A DNA stretch of 63,320 bases, the filler included, from Saprolegnia diclina VS20 (lineage: Eukaryota), in NCBI RefSeq assembly GCF_000281045.1. It is 6 parts of 3 records of this genome, joined end to end, with 100 filler letters (N's around TTAATTAATTAA, not from the genome) between each part and the next. Parts side by side here need not be neighbours in the genome. Positions count along the whole stretch, not along the records: positions 23,704 to 36,481 come from NW_008246136.1; positions 36,582 to 50,577 come from NW_008246136.1; 4 more parts are not named here. One strand, given 5' to 3'. Shown in pieces: positions 34,012-44,473 of the stretch. Below the pieces are notes generated by a model. The model worked only from the letters and a program-made list of their open reading frames with translations. It was not told the origin of the DNA and ran no database searches. A program made the position numbers and the translations under genes. Positions within the stretch are counted from its first letter, which is position 1. The number at the start of each line of letters is the position of its first letter.

Positions 34012-36811
34012 ATGGGCAACGAGGCGAGCACGGTCCATGCCGACGGCGCAGCGACGGACCTCCCAGCGAGCCATCGCGCCATGAACATCCTCAAGATGAT
34101 CGAGTTTTCCAAGGACCCGCGGGCGGGCATGCTCGAGTCGCGCGACCAATTCGGCGACCTCTTTCTCCTCGAGAGCCATCTCGTGAGCGAGAAGATCGCC
34201 GGATTCTGCGGCCCCGAGCTCCTCGCGGCCTTTGACGACAAGCTGCGAGACGGCAGCATTGTGCGCGAAGGGGCGTTTCCACCCGGCGTTCTCGCGCTCC
34301 TTGGGCCTATCATGTCGACGATTGACGGCGAGGAGCACGACGCGCGCAAAGCCGCTGCTCTCGAGGCTCTTACGCCCGCTCGGCTCGATCTCTACGCACC
34401 AATCATCCGCGAGATCGTTGAAGCCGAACATGCATCGTGGGCAGCGCGAGGCGGTGCCATCTCGCTTGCTTGCCTTACGCGCGACATGGTCTTTCGCATT
34501 TTCCTCAAAGTGCTCTATGGCGTCGAGCGGCATGACGGGAACAAGTTTCGCGTCCTACTCGACGATTTCATCGTCTCAATTCGCCGATCAAGTAAGCACG
34601 CAGACCCTCACGGCGTGCGCTGCCGGACGCAGATCCTCGACGAGCTCATCCGACCGGCGATCGCCAACGCCCAGGCCCGCGCTTCCAACAAGACGCCAGT
34701 GCCAAGCGTCATCGACTGCCTCGTAGCCAACGGCAAGATGACGCCCGACGTGCTAGAGACGGAAGCCTTTCATTTCCTCTTTGCCGGCTTTGGTGGCGTC
34801 GCGTGCCTTGCGACCAACATTCTCACCGCCGTCGCCACCCACCCAAGCGCTCGGAAGGACCTTCTCGATGCGCGGGCCGAGTACGTCACCAAGTACGACG
34901 GTGATGCGCGCTGGGCGCATTTTCACGACCTTGGTTACGTCAACTTGTTCATTCTCGAAGTCAAGCGCTTCTACGTCGCGGGACCGACTGCCGTCTTTGG
35001 CCGCACAAAGACAGACCTCGAGATTCCAACCAAAAATGGGGTATACAAGCTGCCGAAAGGGTGCCTCGCGGCGGCGGGTCTTGAAGCTACGAACCGTCAC
35101 CCAGACGTCTGGACGGACCCTAACCTCTTTAATCCCAACCGGTTTCGAGACCTTGGGCACGTCCGCACCACCAAGCCGCACGCGTTTTGCCCACATGCGT
35201 TTGGCGAGTCGTCGCACCGTCGCTGCGCCGGCGAAGACCTCACGACGCTCATTCTGCAGTCAACAGTCGTATCGCTGTACGACTTTGTATGGCAAATGGT
35301 GCCCAACCAAGACTACAAGCTCGCGGTCGGATCCTCGACACCGACACCCGTGGGCCAACTCATGGCGGTGGGGTTTCACCGACGCACTGACGATGCTGTC
35401 GAGATCATTGGGACTGTGGGCTCCAAAGCCGACTGGAAGTTTCTCAACCTCCCCGAGGCCAAAGAGCTCGTGGGCACGGCCATGGACCTCTACGACGACG
35501 CACGACTCGATCTCTGGACGCGCCTCATGATCAAGCTCATCGGAAAAAAACAGGCCGTGTGGGATCGCCCGTACGCCAATCAGATTCTGCGCATCCCGCA
35601 GCACCAGAAGCCGCTCCCTAAAATCACCTTGATCCAGACCAACATCGACATCGCGACCGAAGACGAAGACTGGCCCAACCAGCCGTGGCTCGAGATCCAG
35701 CAGTCCAACTTCCTCCGTGACCACGCCCCGTTCGTCGACAACTTTGAGCACACGTGGCTGCCTGGCGAGGACATGGAGCGCTACGTCATGAGCAAGGTCG
35801 GCAGCATGTGGCCGCGCGTCAACGTTCACTGGAACGACCGCTACTCGGACCGCGCGCTCGAGCTCTTGGCTTTCAATGGTTTTGGCCAGCACCTTCTCAC
35901 GAAGCTCCCGGAAGCTCACGACGATGGCTCGTACTACGGCATCTGCCTCAACTTCATGAAAAGCCTCGAGGTGCGCCCTGGCTACGCCAAGTATGGCGCG
36001 GACGCATTCTTCACCTCTAAAGGTAAAGTCACCAAGATCATCCGCGGCGACATCGCTAGCCGCCCTGGTGACTCGGGGTGGGAGTATGCCAAGCTTTGTT
36101 TCCGCGGCAGCCTCCAGACCAAGGTCACAGCCGTCGACCATCTTCTTGGAATCCACGCCACGGTGGCCAACATCATGGTCGTCGCTAACCGTGAGCAGCT
36201 GCCACCAACGCACCCGCTCCGCCGCTTGATCAAGCCCTTCACGTTCCGCTCTGTGGCCATCAATTACGGCGCAGGTCGGGCACTCTTTTGGCCCAAGGGC
36301 ATGCTCCAGCGCGCCTACGCGCTCACCGACAAGGGCATGAAGCAGACGTGGGACATCGGCCTCGCCAACTTCAAGTACGAGACGTTCCCAGAACACAAGA
36401 TGCGCCAGCACATCGACACAACGACGCTGCCGTTCCATGAGGACGGTATGGACTACTGGCATATCTGCCGGTCGTTCGTCANNNNNNNNNNNNNNNNNNN
36501 NNNNNNNNNNNNNNNNNNNNNNNNNTTAATTAATTAANNNNNNNNNNNNNNNNNNNNNNNNNNNNNNNNNNNNNNNNNNNNGAACGTCTGTTCGACTAGC
36601 GCTTATCATGATCATCACCGGGTTTGACCAGCCGCAGATCACCGAAGACTTTTCTCACGTGATGCTGGACGACGCTGCCATGAACGTCGCGCGGGCGTTC
36701 ACGGCTGATGTCAAGGCGCAGATTCCCGTCGTCAACCAGCGAAATGCCACCCGAGTCCAGCCATTCCAGTCGTTCAACCCCAGCACGATGGAGATGGCTG
36801 TCGGCATCTAG
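34012..36811 (+). CDS. Cytochrome P450-lipoxygenase fusion protein, copy 1 (gap at 36482-36581 hides part of the LOX domain)
   Basis: P450: EVKR (ExxR), FNPNRF, FCPHAFGESSHRRCAGE (haem Cys), I-helix FLFAGFGGV. LOX: WEYAK, DHLLGIH, HPLRRLIKPF, INYGA, LPFHEDG, C-terminal AVGI*. Starts MGNEAS. Confidence 0.9.
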
Positions 36812-37039
36812 AGTTTACAAGTAAATCATAATCTGGCCGTAAATCATTATCTGTACTACTAAGTGAAAAGATCTGTGTGCATCATCGAAGGCACCTAACC
36901 GGACTGCGTGGAAGCCAACTCGGCCGCTGACCAGCAAAGACGAGCACAGAAAGAACGCGCACATAGTGCGCGACGGAGAGGCGTTTCTGAACCCCACGAC
37001 CGCAGCGAGTCTGTTTGGCATGTTTGTTGTAGCCTATGC

Positions 37040-37565
37040 ACGTGTGTGAGGCCAATGACCCTACGACGACTCTTTTAGCGAAAGCGAGTTCGTAAATGGT
37101 AAGGTGGTAGACATATAGTCTTGAAGCCGTAGTGCACATGACTCTCCGACGTCTCTCTCGTCGAGATCGGCGTCGTAAACAATGTTTTTGGTGAACTTAT
37201 GGCCGTCGACATTGGATTTCGAGTTGAGTACTAAGATCCGGATGTTGGCACGTGCCTGCACAACTTGGGTTGTGGTGTTGATACGTCGAGATGGGAAAGC
37301 TTTAGGTCACGCAGAGCGCACCGAGGCCTTGAAGCTACAATTAGCCCCATTGTAACTCGTAGCACGCGTGACATCGCAACATGAAACTGTCCGTATGCGA
37401 TACCTGGTTCCGAACTCCAACGCGAGGGACTGTCTGACCTTAGGACTTGTCAAGTAATAGTCCTGGCAAATGCGAGACAAAGAAGGAACTGTAGACGCTT
37501 GAGCTCCAACGACAGCGTGTTGTGTGGACCTTCGTGATAAGCGTGATGCGAGGTAGAAGATGACC
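37040..37565 (-). mobile_element. Degenerate Helitron helicase fragment (sister of 23965-24485)
   Basis: GPHNTLSLELKRLQFLLCLAFARTIT and KFTKNIVYD. Confidence 0.75.
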
Positions 37566-37694
37566 TGAACGTCGCGCGGGCGTTCACGGCTGATGTCAAG
37601 GCGCAGATTCCCGTCGTCAACCAGCGAAATGCCACCCGAGTCCAGCCGTTCCAGTCGTTCAGCCCAAGCACAATGGAGATGACTGTCGGCATCT
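37566..37694 (+). repeat. Duplicated last ~129 bp of the P450-LOX copy 1 coding sequence
   Basis: Near-identical to 36681-36808 (TGAACGTCGCGCGGGCGTTC...GGCATCT). Confidence 0.9.
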
Positions 37695-37996
37695 TTAAGG
37701 TCAATTTAGTTTTACCGAGTCCGATACAAAGTATCAGATCTCAAACGGCCCCTCGTGCCGCCGCATTGAAATCTTTGCACTATGACAAGTGCTCGGGAAG
37801 AAGCATAGAGGCACATTGGCTGCCACTTGGATCCACAGCTCAGTTCAAGCTCGAGGAAATGGTAGCGTCGTTGAGAGAGTGGCATTTGACAGCTCTGTTT
37901 TCGACTAATACTACTTTGCAGTAGCTTTGATTGGCGCGACGAAGAAAACGGGACTCGAAAGAAAAGCTGTTTCTATTCTCGCATATTGGAGACCAT

Positions 37997-40903
37997 CTAA
38001 ATACCGATGGCCATGTCCATGACTGCGGGGTTGAAGCCTTGGTACGGAAGCACGCGCTGGGCATTGCGCGCCTCAACAACCATCACAAATGACTGCAGCG
38101 ACGTTGTGAAGCGGTGAGCAACGGCCTTGGCTGCGTCGTCCAGAAGCACGTGGGAGAAGTCTTCCAAAATGCTGGGCTGCGGGTACCCCGTGCCTGACAT
38201 AATGAGGGCAGTCCGCACAGCAGCGCCGGGTCGTCCCGCGAGCTCACCCTCGACCCACGATACTGGGCAGAAAGCCGGGTCCGAGACGTACTCGGCGATG
38301 CCACCGAGGTGGTTGTGCATGGCCGTGACCAGGAAGATGCCGTGCGCAACGACGTCCTTGAGGCTCTCCAAGCTCAGCGCACCAAGCGGTGTCGGTAGTT
38401 GCTTGTCCAAGAACGCCCAGAACGCCTGGGTGGACGCGTCACGCGTCACGTCCTCGTCGCTTTCGTAGTACAAGTTGAGGTACTCGCCCGTAAAGCCGCG
38501 CACGATCGTCCAAAAGTCCATGCCGTCTTCGTGGAACGGAAGCTTGAGCGTATCGATGTTCTGACGCGCCATGTGCACTGGGAAGGGCTCGAGCTTGAGA
38601 CTTTGCAGCGCCATCGCCCACGTGTCCTTCAAGCCCTTCTCCGAGTATGGGTGTGCACGGTGCAAAATACCCTTTGGCGCAAAGAGGAGCTTGGACGCTT
38701 CGTAGTTGATGGCAACGGCACGGAACGTGAAGGGCTTGATCAGGCGGCGGAGCGGGTGCGTCGGAGGCAGTTGTTCGCGGGACGCCGTCGTCATGTAGTT
38801 GCCGACCGTCACGTGGAGGCCAATGAGGTGATCGACCGCCGTGACCTTGTTGGCAACGCTCGAGCGAAAGCACATTTTGACGTACTCCCACTGCGCATCG
38901 GCCGGCCGGAACGTCTTGCCAAGACGGACGATCTTGGTGACTTTACCATTCTTGTCAAAATAGGCGTCGGCGCCAGTGACCGCGTACCCGGGCCGGACGT
39001 CGAGCGTCTCGAGAAAGCTCGTCGTGGCGGTGTAGTACGACCCGTCGCTGTGCGCGGCGGATAGCTTTGTTACCATGTGCTGGCCGAGGCCGTTGAAGAC
39101 GAAGAGCTCGAGCGCGCGGTCCGAGTACCGGTCGTCCCAGTGCACTCGAACGCGCGGCCACATGCGCCCAACCTTGCTTAGGACGTAGCCTTCCATGTCC
39201 TCGCCTGGCACCCATGAGTCGTCAAAGTTGTCGACGAACGGCGCCGTGTCTTGAAGAAGCTTTGCGCCATCAAGAAGGACCTTGGGAATCGATACGTCTT
39301 CGTCGTCAACTGGGATCTGGATCGACGTGCCGTGCAGCGTTTGCTTGGCGAGCGGTTTTTGCGACTTTGGCACCGTGATGGACGCCGCGGCCGTTGGCGT
39401 CACCCACGTCGCGAAGCGTACGTTCAGCAGCTGGATCATCGAGTGCGTTAGGAAGTCAAGGCGCTTATCGGACGATAAGGGGCTCTCGATCGAGCTGTTG
39501 TAGAGCTTGGCGCTTGGCTGTCGCAGCCGACGCCATGCGTCGTCATACGCGTTGCTGCTGTGCGCGACTCCGGGTGCGTAATGAAAGCCCACGGTCGTGA
39601 GCAAGTCCACCGGCAGCGGGTTCAGTCCGTCGTCGAGCGCATATGACTGCAGCGGCGCCATGACCGCAGCAAAGTCAAGGAGCGACACCACGTGCGTCTG
39701 CAAAATGAGGCGCGAGAGACCTTCGCGTCGCCCCGCCCGCCGGTCCACAAGATCGTTGAGTGCAAATGGCGCAAACTCGTACGCCGATGGATTGGCGCCC
39801 GCAAAACGCGCGACCTGAAACTGCGCCGGCGACGGCCATCGCGCCGCGTTGTAGTTCAAGCAGTCGAGAAGTGCGGCAGTGAGACTGTGCTTGGGCACGC
39901 TGCTGCTGTTCGTCACGACAAAGTCCTTGGTCGCACGGGCAAACGTGTGGCGCGGGCTCGCGTTGTAGACGCGCTGCACTTCGTTCACATACGCATTCAC
40001 GACGCTGAGGTCGTCGAGGTGCCGCCAGTGCGCTCCGTTCGGGTATTTGGACACGTACGCGTCGCGCGCTGACCCGAGTTGGCCGCGGACGCCATCGACG
40101 CTGACCATGGCCGTGATCGTGTGCACGACGAGGCCTTCGAGCCCCAGGAGGCCCATCGCCATCAGCTGAAAGCCTTCCGTCGCCAGGTCGCTGTCCGACA
40201 TCGTGTTTTGGGCCACGAGCGCGTCGAGGACGCACGTGGGTGCGGCACCGGCACGGACGCGCGCATGGCTGGCGGCAATGGCAGGCCGCACGAGCGTTGC
40301 GAGCAAGCGGTCGCGGATCTTGATAGCGTCCGACGGCGCGCGCGATAGCGTCTTTTTCGCGTATTCGAGGTACTCGTCGAGCTGTGCACGGTACCCCACG
40401 TACTCATCGGGTTGCGTGACGCCGTAGACGACGGCCAAGAAGACCTTGAACGTTGTCGTCTTGGCCTGGAGCGCGAGCGAGAACGTACCGCCGCGAGCGG
40501 CCCACGTCGCGTGGTCGTCTTGGATGAGTTGCTGGATGCGCGGTTGGTACGCTGCCAGCGACGGACCCGAGAGCGCGTTCAGCAATGACTCTTGCCGAAT
40601 GGCGAACGCTTGGCCATCCAATGTCGAGAGCGTCGGCCCCGACAGATCAAGGAGGCCGGCAGGATACGCTGCGTGACGCGAGAGAGCGCCGGAGCTGAGT
40701 GCGTCATCAAAGGCGCGGAGGGCGTCCGGTGAGCAAAAGCCCGTGACGGGCTCGGCATTGACGAGGCTTTCGAAGGTGTAGCGCACGTCGGTGACCGCGT
40801 GTTTGATGTCACTAATGACACCTTGGAAGAAGCCCTTGAGGGTATTCTCTTGTGTCCCGACGACGCCGACAGCTGTGAGGAGCAGCGGAACCAGTGCAAC
40901 CAT
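37997..40903 (-). CDS. P450-like (haem Cys lost)-lipoxygenase fusion, copy 2, with a predicted signal peptide
   Basis: Starts MVALVPLLLTAVGVVG. EVQR is retained, but the haem loop reads FAPFALNDLVDRRAGRREGL (no Cys). LOX ligands DHLIGLH, TAMHNH and terminal AIGI* are intact. Uninterrupted 968-aa ORF. Confidence 0.9.
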   Translation of the reverse strand: MVALVPLLLTAVGVVGTQENTLKGFFQGVISDIKHAVTDVRYTFESLVNAEPVTGFCSPDALRAFDDALSSGALSRHAAYPAGLLDLSGPTLSTLDGQAFAIRQESLLNALSGPSLAAYQPRIQQLIQDDHATWAARGGTFSLALQAKTTTFKVFLAVVYGVTQPDEYVGYRAQLDEYLEYAKKTLSRAPSDAIKIRDRLLATLVRPAIAASHARVRAGAAPTCVLDALVAQNTMSDSDLATEGFQLMAMGLLGLEGLVVHTITAMVSVDGVRGQLGSARDAYVSKYPNGAHWRHLDDLSVVNAYVNEVQRVYNASPRHTFARATKDFVVTNSSSVPKHSLTAALLDCLNYNAARWPSPAQFQVARFAGANPSAYEFAPFALNDLVDRRAGRREGLSRLILQTHVVSLLDFAAVMAPLQSYALDDGLNPLPVDLLTTVGFHYAPGVAHSSNAYDDAWRRLRQPSAKLYNSSIESPLSSDKRLDFLTHSMIQLLNVRFATWVTPTAAASITVPKSQKPLAKQTLHGTSIQIPVDDEDVSIPKVLLDGAKLLQDTAPFVDNFDDSWVPGEDMEGYVLSKVGRMWPRVRVHWDDRYSDRALELFVFNGLGQHMVTKLSAAHSDGSYYTATTSFLETLDVRPGYAVTGADAYFDKNGKVTKIVRLGKTFRPADAQWEYVKMCFRSSVANKVTAVDHLIGLHVTVGNYMTTASREQLPPTHPLRRLIKPFTFRAVAINYEASKLLFAPKGILHRAHPYSEKGLKDTWAMALQSLKLEPFPVHMARQNIDTLKLPFHEDGMDFWTIVRGFTGEYLNLYYESDEDVTRDASTQAFWAFLDKQLPTPLGALSLESLKDVVAHGIFLVTAMHNHLGGIAEYVSDPAFCPVSWVEGELAGRPGAAVRTALIMSGTGYPQPSILEDFSHVLLDDAAKAVAHRFTTSLQSFVMVVEARNAQRVLPYQGFNPAVMDMAIGI

Positions 40904-41560
40904 GACTATCGATCAAAATGCTGAATGACGATGGACCGAAAACGAGCCGGCGCATATGGTCGCAGGAAAGGCAGCTGGTGCTGCGTTGTACGGTGGTACC
41001 GGACGCTCAACAGGTTGGACCGCCACGAAAAGTGCCCGAGATAATTAATCGCAATCAGGTACAGGATGCTGTGCCGCGACGTGTGGCTGCGAGAGGCAGA
41101 GGACTCTTCCGGTGACATCCATGCAGCGAACAACCCGACGATCCCACACAATCGGTCGCTCTTTCTGACCAGAGCGAGTACCTGGCAAATGATATATGGG
41201 TGTTTCGCNNNNNNNNNNNNNNNNNNNNNNNNNNNNNNNNNNNNNNNNNNNNNNNNNNNNNNNNNNNNNNNNNNNNNNNNNNNNNNNNNNNNNNNNNNNN
41301 NNNNNNNNNNNNNNNNNNNNNNNNNNNNNNNNNNNNNNNNNNNNNNNNNNNNNNNNNNNNNNNNNNNNNNNNNNNNNNNNNNNNNNNNNNNNNNNNNNNN
41401 NNNNNNNNNNNNNNNNNNNNNNNNNNNNNNNNNNNNNNNNNNNNNNNNNNNNNNNNNNNNNNNNNNNNNNNNNNNNNNGCAACAAAGATGAGGTGTCATT
41501 CACACAAGATGCAAATGTCAAAAAGAATGCATGTCATTACACTTGCCGACTCTGAATGGT

Positions 41561-44473
41561 TTAGATGCTCACGGCCATCTCCATCGTGTTGGGGTTGAAC
41601 GCCTGGTACGGGTGCTGGCGCTTCGTGTTGCGGCCCTCGACCACCGCCGCGTACGCGCAGACGTCGGCCGTGAACTTGCGGCAGACGGCCTTGGCAGCGT
41701 CGTCGAGCATGATGTGCGAAAAGTCCTCCTTGATCGATGGCTGCACAAAGCCGGTGGCCGCCATGATGAGGGCGCCGCGGACGCACGGACCAGGACGCCC
41801 CGCAAGCTCGCCTTCAACCCAAGCCGAGGGGCAAAAGGCCGGGTCCGAGACGTACTCGGCGATCGTGCCGAGGTGGTTGTGCATCGACGAGACGAGGAAG
41901 ATGGCGTGCGCCACAAAGTCCTTGATGTTGTCCTTGCTGAGCGGACGGATCGAGTTGGGCGGCAGCGTCGTCTTGAGGTAGCTCCAGAAAGCCTGGACGG
42001 CCGTGTCCTGCGTCAAGCTCTCATCGCACGGGTAGTAGAGGTCGATGTAGCTGCCCACGAAGCCGCGCACGATGAGCCAAAAGTCCATGCCATCTTCGTG
42101 GTACGGCAGCGTCGTCGTGTCGATGTTCTGACGCGCCTTGTGCTCCGGGAACGTCTCGTACTTGAAGTTGGCCAGGCCGAGCTCCCACGTCTGCTGCATA
42201 CCCTCGACGCTCAGCGAGAACGCGCGGTGCAGCATACCCTTGGGCCAAAAGAGCGCGTACGACGCGTTGTAGTTGATGATGACCGAGCGGAACGTAAACG
42301 GCTTGAGGAGGCGGCGCAGCGGGTGCGTTGGCGGCAACTGCTCGCGCGTCGACGTCACGAGGCCGTTGGCGACCGTGATGTGGATGCCCAAGAGATGGTC
42401 CAGCGCCGTGACCTTGGTCTGGAGACTGCCGCGGAAGCAAAGCTTGGCGTACTCCCAGTCCTCGTCGCCCGGGTGCACCGTCTTGCCGAGACGGACGATC
42501 TTGGTGACCTTGCCCTTGGCGTTGAAGTACGCATCAGCGCCGTACTTGGCGTAGCCGGGACGCACGTCCAGCGCTTGCATAAAGTCGAGGCAGATACCGT
42601 AGTACGAGCCGTCATCGTGCGCGGTCCGGAGCTTCGTGACGAGGTGCTGGCCGAGGCCGTTGAACACGAGGAGTTCAAGCGCGCGGTCCGAGTACCGGTC
42701 GTTCCAGTGAACGTTGACGCGCGGCCACATGCTGCCGACCTTGCTCATGACGTAGCGCTCCATGTCCTCGCCTGGCAGCCACGTGTGCTCAAAGTCGTCA
42801 CCGAGCGGGCACGAGTCGCGGAGGAACTTGACCGTGGCGACCTCGTTCCAAGGGTCGGACGGCCAGTCTTCGTCCTCGGTCGGGATTTGGATTTTGAGGC
42901 CGTAGAGCGTGATCTTGGGCAGCGTCTTTTGGTACTTGGGCGCGGTAATGGCCTGGTTGGCGAACGGCTTGTTCCACATGGACTGCTTCTTCGCGAGGAG
43001 CTTGAGCATGAGGTGCGTCCAGAGGTCGAGGCGCTCGTCCGCAAACATGTCGTGAAGCGCCTCCTTGTCGTCGCGGTAGACCTTGGCTTCGGGGAGCGAG
43101 AGGAACTTCCAGTCTTCCTCGCTGCCCGCGACCTCGACCATGCTCGCCGAGAGGTCCGTGCGCCGGTGGAAGCCGACGACCATGAGCCCGCCCTTGGGCA
43201 TCGGGTTGACGAGTGTCGTGTCGAGGGTGTAGTCTTGGTGCGGTAGCATCTTCCACATAAAGTCAAAGAGCGACACCATGAAGCTCTGCAGAATCAGCGT
43301 CGAGAGCTCTTCCCCCGCGCACCGACGGTCCGCGCCGATCGCGTGCGGGCAAAAACCGAACGCCATGTCGACCTTGGCGGTGCTGAAGCGCGACGGGTCG
43401 AACTTGGTCGGGTTGGCCCACACGGACGGGTGCTTGTTGGTGCCGTCGAGTGCAGCCGCCACGAGGCAGCCCTTGGGCACGTGAAACGTTCCCTCCGACG
43501 TGCGCACGTCCGTGTCCTTCGTCGCGCGCGCGTACATGTGGCTCGGGCCCGCTACGTACGTGCGTTTGACCTCCTGGATGTAGTTGTTGACGTAGCCGAG
43601 GTCGCCCAAGTGGCTCCACCGATCGGCTTCGGCAGGGTACTTGGTAATGAACGCGTCCCGCCCAGCTGTGAGCTGCGCGAGGACATCCGTACTGCTGGCC
43701 GCCGCGGTGATGCAGTTGGCGACCCAGCACTCAAGTCCGCCGAGGCTCATGCAGAGCAGGTGGAAGAGCTCCGCGCGAAGGTCGTCGTCGCTGAGGACGC
43801 CAGCAGCGACGAGATGGTCGAGCGCGCATGGCTTGGGCTTGCCCGTGTGCACACGGTCATGGCTCGTCGCCAGCGCTGGGTTGATCATCGTCCGGATGAG
43901 CTCGTCGCGGCTACGAACGCCTGCGGGGTCGGCACGGCGCACCGAGTTGCGCAGCGCGAGCATGTACGTGTCAAGGAGCTCACGAGAGTTGTCGTAGTTG
44001 TCTTCGAGGCCGAGGATCAAAAGCAGAGAGAGCTTGAACACGAGGACCTTGGCGTTCGCGACGAGGGACATGGACGCGCCGTGAGCAGCCCATTTGGCAT
44101 GCTCGTTCTGGATCGTCGTCCGAATGAGCGGCTTGTAGGCTGCGAGTTGCGCACCGCTGAACGCCGCGAGCACCAATTTCTTCTTGCGAGCGTGGGCATC
44201 GCCGTCCGTCGTCGGGAGCACGGCACCGAGAAGCTCGTTGAGGCCGCTGGGCAAAGCGCCGTGGCGGACAAACGTCCCATCGCGCAAGTTGGCGTCAAAA
44301 ACCTTGAGCGCTTCGGGGCCGCAGAAGCCGACAACCTTCTCGGTGGCGAGCGCCTTCTCGAGCACGAAGAGATCGCCGTCCATCATGGCCGACCGATCGC
44401 CGTCGAGGTACATGACCATCTTGTCCATGTGCACGTCGCCGTGCGTCGCGCCAGTGCTGGTGAGGTTGCCCAT
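41561..44473 (-). CDS. Cytochrome P450-lipoxygenase fusion protein, copy 3
   Basis: Starts MGNLTS. P450: EVKR, FDPSRF, FCPHAIGADRRCAGE. LOX: DHLLGIH, HPLRRLLKPF, SSMHNH, terminal AVSI*. Confidence 0.92.
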   Translation of the reverse strand: MGNLTSTGATHGDVHMDKMVMYLDGDRSAMMDGDLFVLEKALATEKVVGFCGPEALKVFDANLRDGTFVRHGALPSGLNELLGAVLPTTDGDAHARKKKLVLAAFSGAQLAAYKPLIRTTIQNEHAKWAAHGASMSLVANAKVLVFKLSLLLILGLEDNYDNSRELLDTYMLALRNSVRRADPAGVRSRDELIRTMINPALATSHDRVHTGKPKPCALDHLVAAGVLSDDDLRAELFHLLCMSLGGLECWVANCITAAASSTDVLAQLTAGRDAFITKYPAEADRWSHLGDLGYVNNYIQEVKRTYVAGPSHMYARATKDTDVRTSEGTFHVPKGCLVAAALDGTNKHPSVWANPTKFDPSRFSTAKVDMAFGFCPHAIGADRRCAGEELSTLILQSFMVSLFDFMWKMLPHQDYTLDTTLVNPMPKGGLMVVGFHRRTDLSASMVEVAGSEEDWKFLSLPEAKVYRDDKEALHDMFADERLDLWTHLMLKLLAKKQSMWNKPFANQAITAPKYQKTLPKITLYGLKIQIPTEDEDWPSDPWNEVATVKFLRDSCPLGDDFEHTWLPGEDMERYVMSKVGSMWPRVNVHWNDRYSDRALELLVFNGLGQHLVTKLRTAHDDGSYYGICLDFMQALDVRPGYAKYGADAYFNAKGKVTKIVRLGKTVHPGDEDWEYAKLCFRGSLQTKVTALDHLLGIHITVANGLVTSTREQLPPTHPLRRLLKPFTFRSVIINYNASYALFWPKGMLHRAFSLSVEGMQQTWELGLANFKYETFPEHKARQNIDTTTLPYHEDGMDFWLIVRGFVGSYIDLYYPCDESLTQDTAVQAFWSYLKTTLPPNSIRPLSKDNIKDFVAHAIFLVSSMHNHLGTIAEYVSDPAFCPSAWVEGELAGRPGPCVRGALIMAATGFVQPSIKEDFSHIMLDDAAKAVCRKFTADVCAYAAVVEGRNTKRQHPYQAFNPNTMEMAVSI

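Noticed and set aside
35500..36811. C-terminal domain as a haem peroxidase/dioxygenase (fungal Ppo-like)
   Set aside because: The motifs seen (H-x4-H, HPxxRL, P[FY]xxDG, terminal Ile) are lipoxygenase-type, and I see no peroxidase signature. HMM confirmation is still needed.
36608..36811. Separate 67-aa gene
   Set aside because: It is the C-terminus of P450-LOX copy 1 beyond the gap.
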